Source: Octopus sinensis (taxonomy: Eukaryota). From it: a DNA stretch of 18,170 nucleotides. Each line of letters opens with the position of its first letter. Position 1 is the first letter of the stretch. The notes beneath the pieces are model-generated. The model did not search any database, had not been told where the DNA came from, and was given only the letters and a program-made list of their open reading frames with translations. The stretch covers positions 1 through 18,170 of the forward strand of contig NW_021823694.1 in the NCBI RefSeq assembly GCF_006345805.1. Direction: 5' to 3'. Positions 1 through 9,480 of the stretch are shown piece after piece. A program made the translations under genes and the position numbers.

Positions 1-93
1 TTTTACCATTTATTTTCTTGTTCTTATTGGATAGTATGGGAAACATATTGTTTATATATCAATATTATTATTATAACTTTGTAGTTATGTATA

Positions 94-216
94 TCCTCTG
101 ACGAGGCCTTTGGTTATTTACACAGACAAATATAATCTAAGACTATACTACAATGGCATATGTGAGCAATTTAAGTTGGATTGTCTCTTGACCATAGGCA
201 GAAACAGCTGTAAGGA
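94..216 (+). ncRNA. Degenerate type I minimal hammerhead ribozyme motif with greatly extended stem II (Penelope-like element 3' relic)
   Basis: Stem I TCCT(94-97)/AGGA(213-216); core CTGACGA (98-104); stem II base GCCT(106-109)/AGGC(196-199) and TGGTTA(111-116)/TGACCA(189-194); GAAA (201-204); stem III region ACAGCTGT (204-211) is a perfect palindrome; GTA triplet 210-212. G105/A200 is a mismatch where G-C is usual. Followed by a T-rich tail with AATAAA. Confidence 0.65.
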
Positions 217-392
217 GCAGTTTATTTGTATTATTTTTATTTTATTATCAATTTGTATATTGATGTATATTGTTTTGCTCGATTTTCATGTTCCTATTTG
301 TATAATTAATAAATAATATGAAATTTAAATATCCGTAAGTTGATGAACGAAGTGAATTTGTTCCTCCATTTTCTTAAATATATATATATATT

Positions 393-449
<57 letters not shown>
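393..449. repeat. (GA)n microsatellite
   Basis: Direct reading; one interruption (GAAA). Explains the REREER run in ORF 340..537. Confidence 0.97.
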
Positions 450-452
<3 letters not shown>

Positions 453-1000
453 AATTCAGTCGTCACTAAGTATAACTAAGGGAGCCGAAGCATCTACATG
501 GCTAGAAATAAGAGTGAAATTACTCTTAATGTTGTAAGAAATGCGCAAATAAACACATACACTGATGGGAAAGGTAACCGCCCCATGAACGTCTTGAAGA
601 TCAACCGGACAAGGCCTAGTTTCAACTGTACGTAGGCATTGTCAGCAGTGAGTGCACGAATGGCAAATGGCCGGCTAATTCCGTGTACCAGCACATATAT
701 TTTTACAATAAAAAATTATGATTGATTTAGGGAAATACTAACGCGTATACTAAAAATTAATTTAGACAGCCAGGCTTAATGTGATACCATAACGGAAAGC
801 AACAAACTAAGTTTGACTAACGGTTCGGAATCACTTACATTAGGAAATAAGAGTTAGAATATACTTCATGCTTTAAGAAGAACGGCATGTTATACATATA
901 CTGACAGGGGAGGTAACCGCTCCTTAATCACACTTAATGACGATTGAAATTTTTCTTTGTGTGATCATATTGCGTCTCGTTTTTTTATATTCCTTGATAT

Positions 1001-1070
1001 GCGTGTGAGTGTGTGTGAGTGTGAGTGTGTGTGAGTGTGAGTGTGTGTGTGTGTGTATGTGTGTGTGTGT

Positions 1071-1099
<29 letters not shown>
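1001..1099. repeat. (GT)n / GTGAGT compound microsatellite
   Basis: Direct reading. Confidence 0.95.
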
Positions 1100-1103
<4 letters not shown>

Positions 1104-1487
1104 GCTAATAGATTAATAAAATATAAAAGCAACGAAAAGAAATAAGCGATAAATAAATGTGATTCGGTACAGTATGATATTTTGTACGAAATATAGATGA
1201 ACGTACGAAGCGAGAGTCAGAGAGAATTCCAGTAGATTATTCTGGGAGGGATGAATGTGCAGGAAAGGCTAGTGAACTGGAATGGGGGAGATTAGTATTG
1301 ATACAACCAAAGAAAGAGCAGAGAAAGGTGAGAGAAAAAAATGAAAATAATTAGACGTTGGGGAAGAAACGTTGGAGAAGAAAGTTAGACAAGATTGGTA
1401 AAGACAGATAAGTAGAATGATTGAGTAAGCGAGAGATATGTTGACATTGACAAGGAAGCGAATAGGGTTGATTTGATGTATATACAA

Positions 1488-1612
1488 ATGTGTATGTACG
1501 TGTGTTTGTATTTATATATATATATGTGTGTATGTGTGTGTGTTTGTGTGCGTGTGTATGTGCGTGTGTGTGTGTGTTTGTGTATGTGTGTGTATGTGCG
1601 TATGTATGTGCG
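1488..1612. repeat. Degenerate (GT)n/(TA)n microsatellite
   Basis: Direct reading; source of the CVCVCV ORF 1473..1844. Confidence 0.9.
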
Positions 1613-1705
1613 TGGTGTTGTGTTGTCCCTTAATGCTCGAGATGTTATGATACGAATTAAGGCTGAATATCCTAATCATATCAAACACTTAGCAGTGCAT
1701 TCATT

Positions 1706-2230
1706 CAACGTACCTTCCAGAAGTTTTGAGACTTCTTCAGGAGAGGCATTTATTGATTTCAAAGAAGTGCAAATCTCTAATCTCCTTCCAAGTTGGTTCC
1801 TCTCAATTCAATGCCCTAGCTGTAACACCCCAGCCACTTTGTAAAAGCCTTTCAAATTAATCCAAAGCAAAGGTGACCAAGACCCATGTCACAGCCTCCA
1901 TCATCTTTTCCTTCTCCTTGGAGTACAACCGAAAGTCACCGGAAGCAAGATCTTGAGTGTAGCACAGGTGAGGGACAGTTTTGATGCCCATTTCTCCAGT
2001 AATTGGTTACCTGGATGGTACTGTACACAGGCACATTGTCCCAGTTCAGCTGGATGTTCTGGCCTTGTCCGATGATATCGCTTCCTGATCTCCCTCAAAG
2101 CCCCAAAATTATAATCCCCGTTGCCCCATTTGAAAGCCAGTAAATGTACATAATGCTCTTGCTGTAGAAGAAGTAGACCCTCATGAGTTTCCCGGTGGAC
2201 ATTCTTTGCCTGGCATCTGGTGTCAGCGAA
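1706..2230 (-). pseudogene. 5'-truncated, frameshifted mariner (D,D34D) transposase relic with probable 3' TIR
   Basis: Minus-strand translation across shifting frames gives RMSTGKLMRVYFFYSKSIMYIYWLSNGAT / NGDYNFGALREIRKRYHRTRPE / QLNWDNVPVYSTIQVTNY / EMGIKTVPHLCYTQDLASGDFRLYSK / MMEAVTWVLVTF / AFTKWLGCYS*GIELRGTNLEGD* (stop at 1777-1779). These match mariner motifs KxMxxxFFDxxG, HxDNAPxH, HPPYSPDLAPSDF and the C-terminal KW..RYxKCI..GxYFEGD. Restoring a 2-nt deletion gives 34 residues between the WDN Asp and the xDF Asp. The 3' boundary near 1706 is approximate. Confidence 0.9.
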
Positions 2231-2601
2231 AAACAAAGTCGGCTCGTTCATATTTATCCATAAGCAGACTAGATCATAGAAATTTTTGTAGTGTTTTTGC
2301 CAAGTTTAATCAAAACCATATTGTAGAGAGACCTACTAAATTGTCCCCATATTCTGATTGCATGTTGCAAACTAGTGACCTCTGAATATAATAGAGAACG
2401 TTGGCGTCTTAGATGTGACGTAATGATATTCAAAGATTATGACAACCTATGACGGTTACAACTGCCTCTTTTAAGAATGTCTGCAAACCTCTGGAATGCA
2501 TCTCGCCAATTTTGTGTTTATTTGTATTTATGTTCAGCAGGTAAATGTCTCACAAATTTGAAGTAATTCAAAGAAACAATTTACGGATATATTTTTAAAG
2601 T

Positions 2602-2685
2602 CTAGTATTCTCGACCGCTAAGTTACAGAGACGTAAACACACCAACACCGGTTCTGAGACGATGGGAGAACAAAAAGAAATACAC
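2602..2685 (-). mobile_element. SINE family A, 3' half
   Basis: Reverse complement (ccggtgttggtgtgtttacgtctctgtaacttagcggtcg) aligns with 16505-16570 (ctggtgttggtgtgttcaagcccctataaagtagcggttcgg), the 3' half of the + copy at 16184-16680. Confidence 0.8.
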
Positions 2686-2696
2686 GCCCATATATA

Positions 2697-2831
2697 TTTC
2701 TGTGTCTCTTTCTGTAGAAGAGAGTAGGCTCGAAACGTAAAGACCTTTTCTATTCCTGAGCGTTATACTAATTCATCTGTTTGTTTTGTACACAATCTGT
2801 ATTCGTCTTTTGTCATTTCGTAAACTCTCCC
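2697..2831 (+). mobile_element. ~135-bp non-coding element with degenerate minimal HHR motif, copy 1
   Basis: Homologous to 11548-11692. TCTTT(2707-2711)-CTGTAGA-A-GAGAgtagGCTC-GAAA(2732-2735)-C-GTA-AAGAC; stem III is the loopless palindrome ACGT. Core positions are mutated (T at A6). Confidence 0.65.
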
Positions 2832-2852
2832 TACATATATATATATATATCA

Positions 2853-3024
2853 ACGATGAACTTCCATACAACTTCCGCCAACCAGCTTCGCATACAAGGT
2901 ATTGTTGATCCTGGAGAAATAGCAGAAGCCACTTGCCCAGGGTGCCACACAGTGGATGGTGGATGTGAACCCATAACCATGCTGCTGCAAAGCAAGCTTC
3001 TGAAATACACACCCATGCTTGTGC
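2853..3024 (-). mobile_element. SINE family A, tRNA-like head and 5' body
   Basis: agaagccacttgcccagggtgccacacagtgg (2925-2956) is the reverse complement of gtggcaccttgggcaagtgttttct in the 16184 copy; aacccataaccatg corresponds to catggtcccgaattc. Confidence 0.85.
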
Positions 3025-3085
3025 TTATATACATACATATATATATATATATATATCAGAGAGAGACTTACACATGCATATACAT

Positions 3086-3092
3086 GTGTGTG

Positions 3093-3134
<42 letters not shown>

Positions 3135-3147
3135 TGTGTGTGTGTGT
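3086..3147. repeat. (GT)n microsatellite
   Basis: Direct reading. Confidence 0.97.
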
Positions 3148-3700
3148 ATCCACCGCCCTCTTCTTTCTGAATATTGCCTGATTGCTTTCTATGTAAATAC
3201 TATATATTGTAAGACCCTCTATTTATCTCCAACCTAGAGTACAATAGACCGGAGCTAGCTAGCCTTTATAATTTTCTACTATTATTTTGCCAATCTCCTC
3301 TTGTCTGCACAACGAATTTGTACACCCCTGAAGCTGAGTCCTTTCTAATACCCCCACTATTTAAATTAATGTTTATATAATGAGTCTAATTCCTCACAGC
3401 CCTAATAAAAATTTTCCTATGAATATTTCTGTCAACAATTTCGTTGCCTTTCGCTGCCTCTCTCTGCCTCTAGCTGCCTATGCGCAAAGATTTCCCTGAA
3501 CACAAACGTGTATATTCAATATAATTTGTATCATTGTAGGAAAGCCGGCAATAGCTTTGGGGAATGGTTTCCTTTTGGGATTTAAAAGTCAAAAATCAAA
3601 ACAAACAGCCATAAATAGCACATACTTTTGGCGCTGGGTACATGTGAACTTTCTGCTAGTGTATACAAGAATCGACTAGTCCTGTAATCCATACATACAT

Positions 3701-3704
<4 letters not shown>

Positions 3705-3751
<47 letters not shown>

Positions 3752-3791
3752 TATATATATATGTAAATATATATATGTATATATATATATT

Positions 3792-3844
<53 letters not shown>

Positions 3845-3907
3845 TATATATATATAATATATATATATATAATATATATATATATATTTATATATATATT
3901 CTATATT

Positions 3908-3938
<31 letters not shown>

Positions 3939-3957
3939 TATATATATATTTATATAT
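3705..3957. repeat. Long imperfect (TA)n microsatellite
   Basis: Direct reading; source of the YIYIYI ORF. Confidence 0.97.
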
Positions 3958-4056
3958 AAAATATTATTAGAGACAAAACCACTATTTTGCAAAACAAACA
4001 AGGAAAGACTTAATCAATACATAAAATTTTAATAAATAGTCAAAAAAAAAAAACCG

Positions 4057-4098
4057 CCCTACAATCGTTTCTTGTCTTGATCGACAATCTTCAGGTGG
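4057..4098 (-). ncRNA. Minimal type I hammerhead ribozyme motif (left arm, minus strand)
   Basis: Minus strand reads CCAC-CTGAAGA-TTGTC-gatcaa-GACAA-GAAA-C-gatt-GTA-GGGC. The core is intact; the 3' strand of stem I lacks one T relative to the other arm. Confidence 0.75.
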
Positions 4099-4138
4099 AC
4101 TTCCAATAAGTCATTTATGAAACTGACTTATTGGAAGT

Positions 4139-4180
4139 CCACTGAAGATTGTCGATCGAGACAAGAAACGATTGTAGTGG
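4139..4180 (+). ncRNA. Minimal type I hammerhead ribozyme motif (right arm, plus strand)
   Basis: CCA-CTGAAGA(4142-4148)-TTGTC(4149-4153)-gatcga-GACAA(4160-4164)-GAAA(4165-4168)-C-gatt-GTA(4174-4176)-GTGG. ACGAUUGU is self-complementary with two G-U pairs. The 5' side lacks one C relative to the other arm. Confidence 0.78.
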
Positions 4181-4363
4181 CGGTTTTTTTGACTATTTAT
4201 TAAAATTTTATGTATTGATTAAGTCTTTCCTTGTTTGTTTTGCAAAATAGTGGTTTTGTCTCTAATAATATTTTATAATATTTTACTATAAAATTGGATT
4301 TAATCCTAAATCTGATTTTTTTCCCTGTAAATTTGGATTTATTCCCTAATATTTATTATATTT

Positions 4364-4392
4364 ATATATATATATATATTATATATATATAT

Positions 4393-4423
<31 letters not shown>

Positions 4424-4550
4424 CATCTATATAATAGTAAATATATATATATATATATGTGTATATGTATATATATATATATATATGTATGTACATGTGT
4501 ATATATATATATTATATATATATGTATATATATATATATATAATATATAT
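4364..4550. repeat. Imperfect (TA)n microsatellite
   Basis: Direct reading. Confidence 0.95.
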
Positions 4551-5003
4551 TACACACACGTGTGTGCTGTGTAATGAGTGCTGTGACCAAAATTTCAAAC
4601 GCTTTGACTTTAACTCTTCACCCTACATAAAAATCATAACGATTCGTCACAAACATACGGAGAACTCCCGACAGATAGGTAAACTAAAATATTGCAGAAC
4701 AAATAGAAAGAGCGAAAGAATCTGCATTATGGTATGAACTCTCCAACGTTCAGACATTACGACTCTATAGAAATATGAATATACAAATCAAAAATAAATG
4801 AAGCTTGCAAAATTCGTCTCTGATATTCTTCAAAAGTTTCGTTTCCCCTTCTTTTCTTTTTTTTTCTCTTTCGCTTTTCATTTTTCTTCTTCTTTTTTTT
4901 TTCCAACATGGAACTATATTCCTTTTAGCTAACAGACTTCTATTACCATTACACAGAAAATTGAAAAATTCATTTCTAATGTTTCTTCTTTCTGTTATTG
5001 ATT

Positions 5004-5175
5004 TTAATTTTGGTACAAAGTCACATATTTCTAAAGACTGTATAGATTCGGTTGAATATACCTCGGTGCGTTACTAGCAATAATTTTACGGAAACTTAAG
5101 TGTTAAAATTTTGGTACAAAGACATAAATTTCTTGATAATTTATAAAAATCAGCTCAGTGCACCTCACTACATTA
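5004..5175 (-). mobile_element. Two highly degenerate SINE family B 3'-end fragments
   Basis: aattttggtacaaag occurs twice ~100 bp apart. Its reverse complement resembles the family B 3' end (ggccttgtaccaatatttg at ~5388-5406), and each is followed by weak similarity to the cactggtgtcgat segment. Confidence 0.4.
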
Positions 5176-5198
5176 GAGGAAATAGTTTTATTGGTAAT

Positions 5199-5411
5199 AA
5201 GGCAGTAAGCTGACAATCGTTTCCACGCCGGACAAAACTCTTAGTACCGCCTCGTCCGTCTTCACGTTACTGCTTTCAAATTCCGCCGAGGTCGACATTG
5301 CTTTTCATAATTTCGCGGTGGGTCATTTAAGTACCAGTTATGCACTGGTGTCGATATAATCGGTTTGCCTCCCGCTCCGAAATTACTGGCCTTGTACCAA
5401 TATTTGAAACC
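5199..5411 (+). mobile_element. SINE family B (tRNA-derived), full-length, diverged
   Basis: Head aaggcagtaagctgacaatcg; B-box-like ttcaaattcc followed by gccgaggtcgac; body aagtaccagtt..cactggtgtcgat; homologous to the copies at 5936, 8085-8980 and 14821-15461. Confidence 0.9.
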
Positions 5412-5463
5412 AATAGTTTTATTATTAATAATTAATTTTATTTATTTTTATTTCATCTATGCG

Positions 5464-5766
5464 CCCTTTTCAAGCCTAGCCAGGCTTATGGGCCCGGTTT
5501 TCCGGTTTCTGTGGCATATGTGTTCTCCCCAGCTGGACGGGACGCCAGTCCATCGCAGAGTTACTCAAGAAATAGGAAGAGAGAGTAAGAGAAAGCTGTG
5601 GAGAAAGAGTACAACAGGGGTCGTCACTACCCCCTGCCGGAGCCTCGTGGAACTTTAGGTCTTTTTAGTCAATAAACAAAGACAACGCCCGGTCTGGGAA
5701 TCGAAACCACGATCCTCCGACCGCAAGTCCGCTGCTCTAACCACTGGGCCACTGGGCCATTACGCC
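5464..5766 (-). mobile_element. SINE family C: tRNA-derived head plus conserved central domain (MetaSINE-like)
   Basis: Minus strand begins ggcgtaatggcccagtggcccagtggttagagcagcgg with A-box TGGCCCAGTGG and B-box-like GGTTTCGATTCC (5697-5708). The 3' part gtaactctgcgatggactggcgtcccgtccag...cagaaaccgg resembles, from memory, the Meta central domain. Confidence 0.75.
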
Positions 5767-5935
5767 ACCGATAATAAATTTTAGATTTTAGGGACCAACA
5801 TTTTAACTTTGGGTGTTAAATTGCATTTTGACCTACATCCTACTATTCAACGTAGAAAATCTTTGTCAAAATGTTAAAATTTCTGAAAAGGTAGATGGTA
5901 CTAAATTAACTATTACATTAAGTAGTTACGTCAAC

Positions 5936-6144
5936 AAGGCGGCGAGCTAGCAGAGTAGTTAGCTCGTCGGACAAAATACTCAGCGGTTTTTTTAACGTTC
6001 CGAGTTCAAAACCCACCGCTGTCAACTTTATCTTTAACCCTTTCAAGATCAATAAAATAAAGCTCGAGTCAAGTACTGCTGTTAATATAATTGACTTGTC
6101 CTGTGCCCTCAAAATTGTTGGCCTTGTTCTTAAGATTAAAGAAA
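5936..6144 (+). mobile_element. SINE family B, full-length, diverged
   Basis: aaggcggcgagctagcagagtagttagc head; gagttcaaaaccc B-box; ends aaattgttggccttgtt. Confidence 0.88.
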
Positions 6145-6176
6145 ATAACTGGTACGTCCACTTACCTATCTATATA

Positions 6177-6381
6177 CGAAGGGACGCTGGAAATTTCCTG
6201 GCTTTGAGTAAAAGAAAATACAGAAAGATCAATTAAATAAGATTTTATTGAACATATTTCTCTTTCAAATACACACGCTTATTGCAGTGGTCCTTCAGTT
6301 TTTCTAAGCTTTGTAAAAGAACTCTGACGTTTGGACCTTCCTGGATACCCTTAAAGCCAGGTAATTTTCAGCACCTCCTTG
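6177..6381 (-). mobile_element. Mariner-derived MITE, copy 1
   Basis: Imperfect ~29-bp TIRs cgaagggacgctggaaatttcctggcttt and aaagccaggtaattttcagcacctccttg; TA at 6175-6176. Internal minus strand 6245-6319 reads LLQSLEKLKDHCNKRVYLKEKYVQ*, a mariner transposase C-terminus remnant. Homologous to 15847-16041. Confidence 0.9.
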
Positions 6382-6516
<135 letters not shown>

Positions 6517-6741
6517 CGCTCAAGTCCTGCCGACGTCTACTGCATCTTTCATTTTACGGGATCGATATAAAAATACCAATGAGAGATATCGACATTTCGG
6601 ATTTAATCGTCTACACTATTTCCAAAAATCTATAGCGTTCTTTTGAAAATGGAGATCAATAGTGTAGTGTCGAAATGCTAGAACGGAATAAGTTGTTGGA
6701 TTCTCCAGACATGATCGACTTGAAATAGTGATCATGTTTTT

Positions 6742-6860
6742 GTGCAGGCATAGCAGTATGGTTCAGGCGCTCATTCAATCATACCGTGTGGCACTTTGGG
6801 TGCCTTTTACTTTAGCACGGCGCCGAACAATACCATGTGAGGGAATTTGGGATACGAAAT
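6742..6860 (+). mobile_element. SINE family A, degenerate 5' fragment
   Basis: gtgcaggcatagcagt start shared with 16184; gtggcactttggg and tgtgagggaatttgg are collinear with that copy. Confidence 0.75.
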
Positions 6861-6879
6861 AAGTGGAAATGTGTAGTGT

Positions 6880-7200
6880 ACACACACACACACACACACT
6901 CACACACACACACATATATATATACACACACATATACATACATACATACATGCATATATAATATATATATATATATATTAAGGTATGTAGAAAAATACAA
7001 CATGGACAAGAACGTATATATATACACACACACAAACACATACAGGTATACATACATACATGCACACATATATACATACAATGTGCATACACAAACACAT
7101 ACATACATACATACATACATACATACATACATACATACATACAAATGTGCATACACATACACACTGCCGCAAACACATGCACATAAACATACAAACAAAC
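6880..7200. repeat. Compound (CA)n/(TA)n/(TACA)n microsatellite
   Basis: Direct reading; pure (TACA)n at about 7098-7142. Confidence 0.95.
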
Positions 7201-7431
7201 AAATGAAATTACGGAGCTCTGGTAATCGACAGAGTCAATGTCTATCGAAAACGTTGCAATGCGGAACGAAAATTTTAGAAAAAATAAATAAGTAAATGAT
7301 TGGAAATCGCACCGGTGAGTGTGTTAAATAATAAGTCACTAAAATATAAAAGAATAACTCTCCCCAGGCACAATAAAACATGCTTCAACACACGAATTCA
7401 CATAAAGAATCTTGCAAAGCAAATACAAAAA

Positions 7432-7437
7432 CCACAC

Positions 7438-7490
<53 letters not shown>

Positions 7491-7578
7491 CATACATATA
7501 TATATGTGTGTGTTTGTGTGTGTGTATGTGTGTATCTACATGTATGGACACGCGTCTGTGTGCGTGTGCGTGTGCGCG
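7432..7578. repeat. (TA)n followed by (GT)n/(GTGC)n microsatellite
   Basis: Direct reading. Confidence 0.93.
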
Positions 7579-8084
7579 AACCACTACATAACAGTTGACG
7601 ATTTGCTTACAACTCCCGTCTCAATTTGTCTCAGTTTACATTGTTACAAATACATACAGTACGGAGATAGAGCTAGCAGTCACTGGTTAGTTTTCTTTCC
7701 AAAATTTTGTGAAATCAGATGCAGGATGCTCGAGAACTTAACCCCAAACAATTAACTAGATATGGTGTCGTATAGCCAGCTGGAAACGATGTTTCCTGGG
7801 GCTAAACAACGGTAACACTCGTCCCTTCCAGGACAGCCACATTATGTTGGCAAATAGCCTTTACTTTAAAGAACTGTTACTGAATATCTCTCTTTGAGAG
7901 ATTTAGAAATAATAATATTTTTATTTTATTAGATTAGTGGCTGTGTGTCTCTGATTATTTTGCTTCAAATAGATGTAAAGGGAAGATAAAGCAAGCAATA
8001 AAAAATTCGGGTTTGGACTATTGAAAGGACAGATGCTCCAGTACAAATCCCCAACACTCGTTTCTTCGATTAGTTTTATCTTGT

Positions 8085-8980
8085 TCTTTCTTTACTGCCT
8101 ACAAGAGGCTACACACAGAGGTGCAAACAAGGACAGAAAAACGGATTAAGTCTATTATATCGACCCCAGTGTGTAAGTGGTATTTATTTAATCTACTCCA
8201 AAAGGATGAAAGACATAGTCGACCTCGGCGGTATCAGAACGTAACGGCAGACGAAATACCTATTTCTTTACTACCCACCAAGGGGCTAAACACCGAGGGG
8301 ACAAACAAGGACAGACAAACGGATTAAATCTATTATATCGGCCCCAGTGTGTAACTGGTATTTATTTAATCTATCCCGAAAGGATGAAAGACATAGTCGA
8401 CCTCGGCGGTGTCAGAACGTAACGGCAGACGAAATACCTATTTCTTTACTACCCACCAAGGGGCTAAACACCGAGGGGACAAACAAGGACAGACAAACGG
8501 ATTAAATCTATTATATCGGCCCCAGTGTGTAACTGGTATTTATTTAATCTATCCCGAAAGGATGAAAGACATAGTCGACCTCGGCGGTGTCAGAACGTAA
8601 CGGCAGACGAAATACCTATTTCTTTATTACCCACCAAGGGGCTAAACACCGAGGGGACAAACAAGGACAGACAAACGGATTAAATCTATTATATCGGCCC
8701 CAGTGTGTAACTGGTATTTATTTAATCTACCTCGAAAGGATGAAAGACATAGTCGACCTCGGCGGTATCAGAACGTAACGGCAGACCAAATATTTATTTC
8801 TTTACTACCCACCAAGGGGCTAAACACAGAGGGGACAAACAAGGACAGACAAACGGATTAAGTTGATTATATCGACCTCAGTGCGTAACTGGTACTTATT
8901 TAATCGACCCCGTAGCGGCAGATGAAATACCGCGAAGCATTTCGCCCAGCGTGCTAACGTTTCTGCCAGCTAGCCCCCTT
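8085..8980 (-). repeat. Tandem array of SINE family B bodies (178-bp unit, ~5 units) with one tRNA-like head
   Basis: Unit start tatttcttta at 8261, 8439, 8617 and 8795 (exact 178-bp period) and ~8085. Each unit contains gtcgacctcggcgg and cccagtg..actggta (reverse complement of the family B body). The head (cgtgctaacgtttctgccagctagcc) occurs only at ~8930-8980. Confidence 0.95.
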
Positions 8981-9480
8981 ATGATTACTTTTATCGTATA
9001 TCATGGGGTCAGTACGGAAGATTCAAATACACATTGAAGACTAGATTGAATTAAACTGATCATTCTCCATTGAAAAACTCATCAAACCGATACTCATAGT
9101 AATGATTAATATGTGTATAAACTGAATGGTAATATCAAAGTTATTCCAACATTTAAATAAATATCATATAGAATAGTATGGTATGTGCAGCAGCTCTTAT
9201 TTATGGCCTCCCAGATATTAGGACAAGTAACCCAAAATGTTCCAAACGACATTTGATTTACGATTGGAAGTGTTTTAATTTACTCCAATCATACAAGTAG
9301 AAAATCGATATCAGCAGACATGCTCACAAATGTTGAAACATTTCTCTTTATTGCTGTAATGAGTGAAATGATAAATATGTTATGTAACCGTATATAATAT
9401 TGAACTGTCTGTTGGTGCGAACAGTACCCAGATTCAAAGCAAATTTCTGTTAATGTGTATGTATTTGTGTGCGCACGTCT

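Larger units (their letters stand above)
3955..4277. repeat. Fold-back palindrome, arms 3955-4113 and 4124-4277, 10-nt spacer
   Basis: The arms are reverse complements, differing only by A-run length (12 vs 7), two 1-nt indels and one transition. Confidence 0.98.

Noticed and set aside
585-635. Short ATG-started reading frame (MNVLKINRTRPSFNC) followed by GT as a possible exon
   Set aside because: No recognisable protein similarity and no partner exons; cannot be supported without transcript data.
1734-1740. Minus-strand CTGAAGA as a hammerhead core
   Set aside because: It lies in the mariner subterminal region and has no matching GAAA or stem III.
1901-2251. 116-aa minus-strand ORF as an intact gene
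   Set aside because: It is one frame of the decayed mariner relic; only a short internal part is in the transposase frame.
5690-5766. Functional tRNA gene
   Set aside because: The A- and B-boxes are present, but there is an 8-bp duplication, the anticodon stem does not pair cleanly, and the sequence runs directly into a SINE body.
6611-6667. 10-bp inverted repeat ctacactatt/aatagtgtag with weak outer pairing
   Set aside because: Short arms, a 37-nt spacer and no second copy; could be chance or an unrecognisably old element.
8085-8980. CRISPR-like array, or the repeated MSERNGRRN ORFs as genes
   Set aside because: Whole 178-bp units are repeated with no unique spacers and are homologous to dispersed SINE copies; the ORFs are antisense SINE translations.
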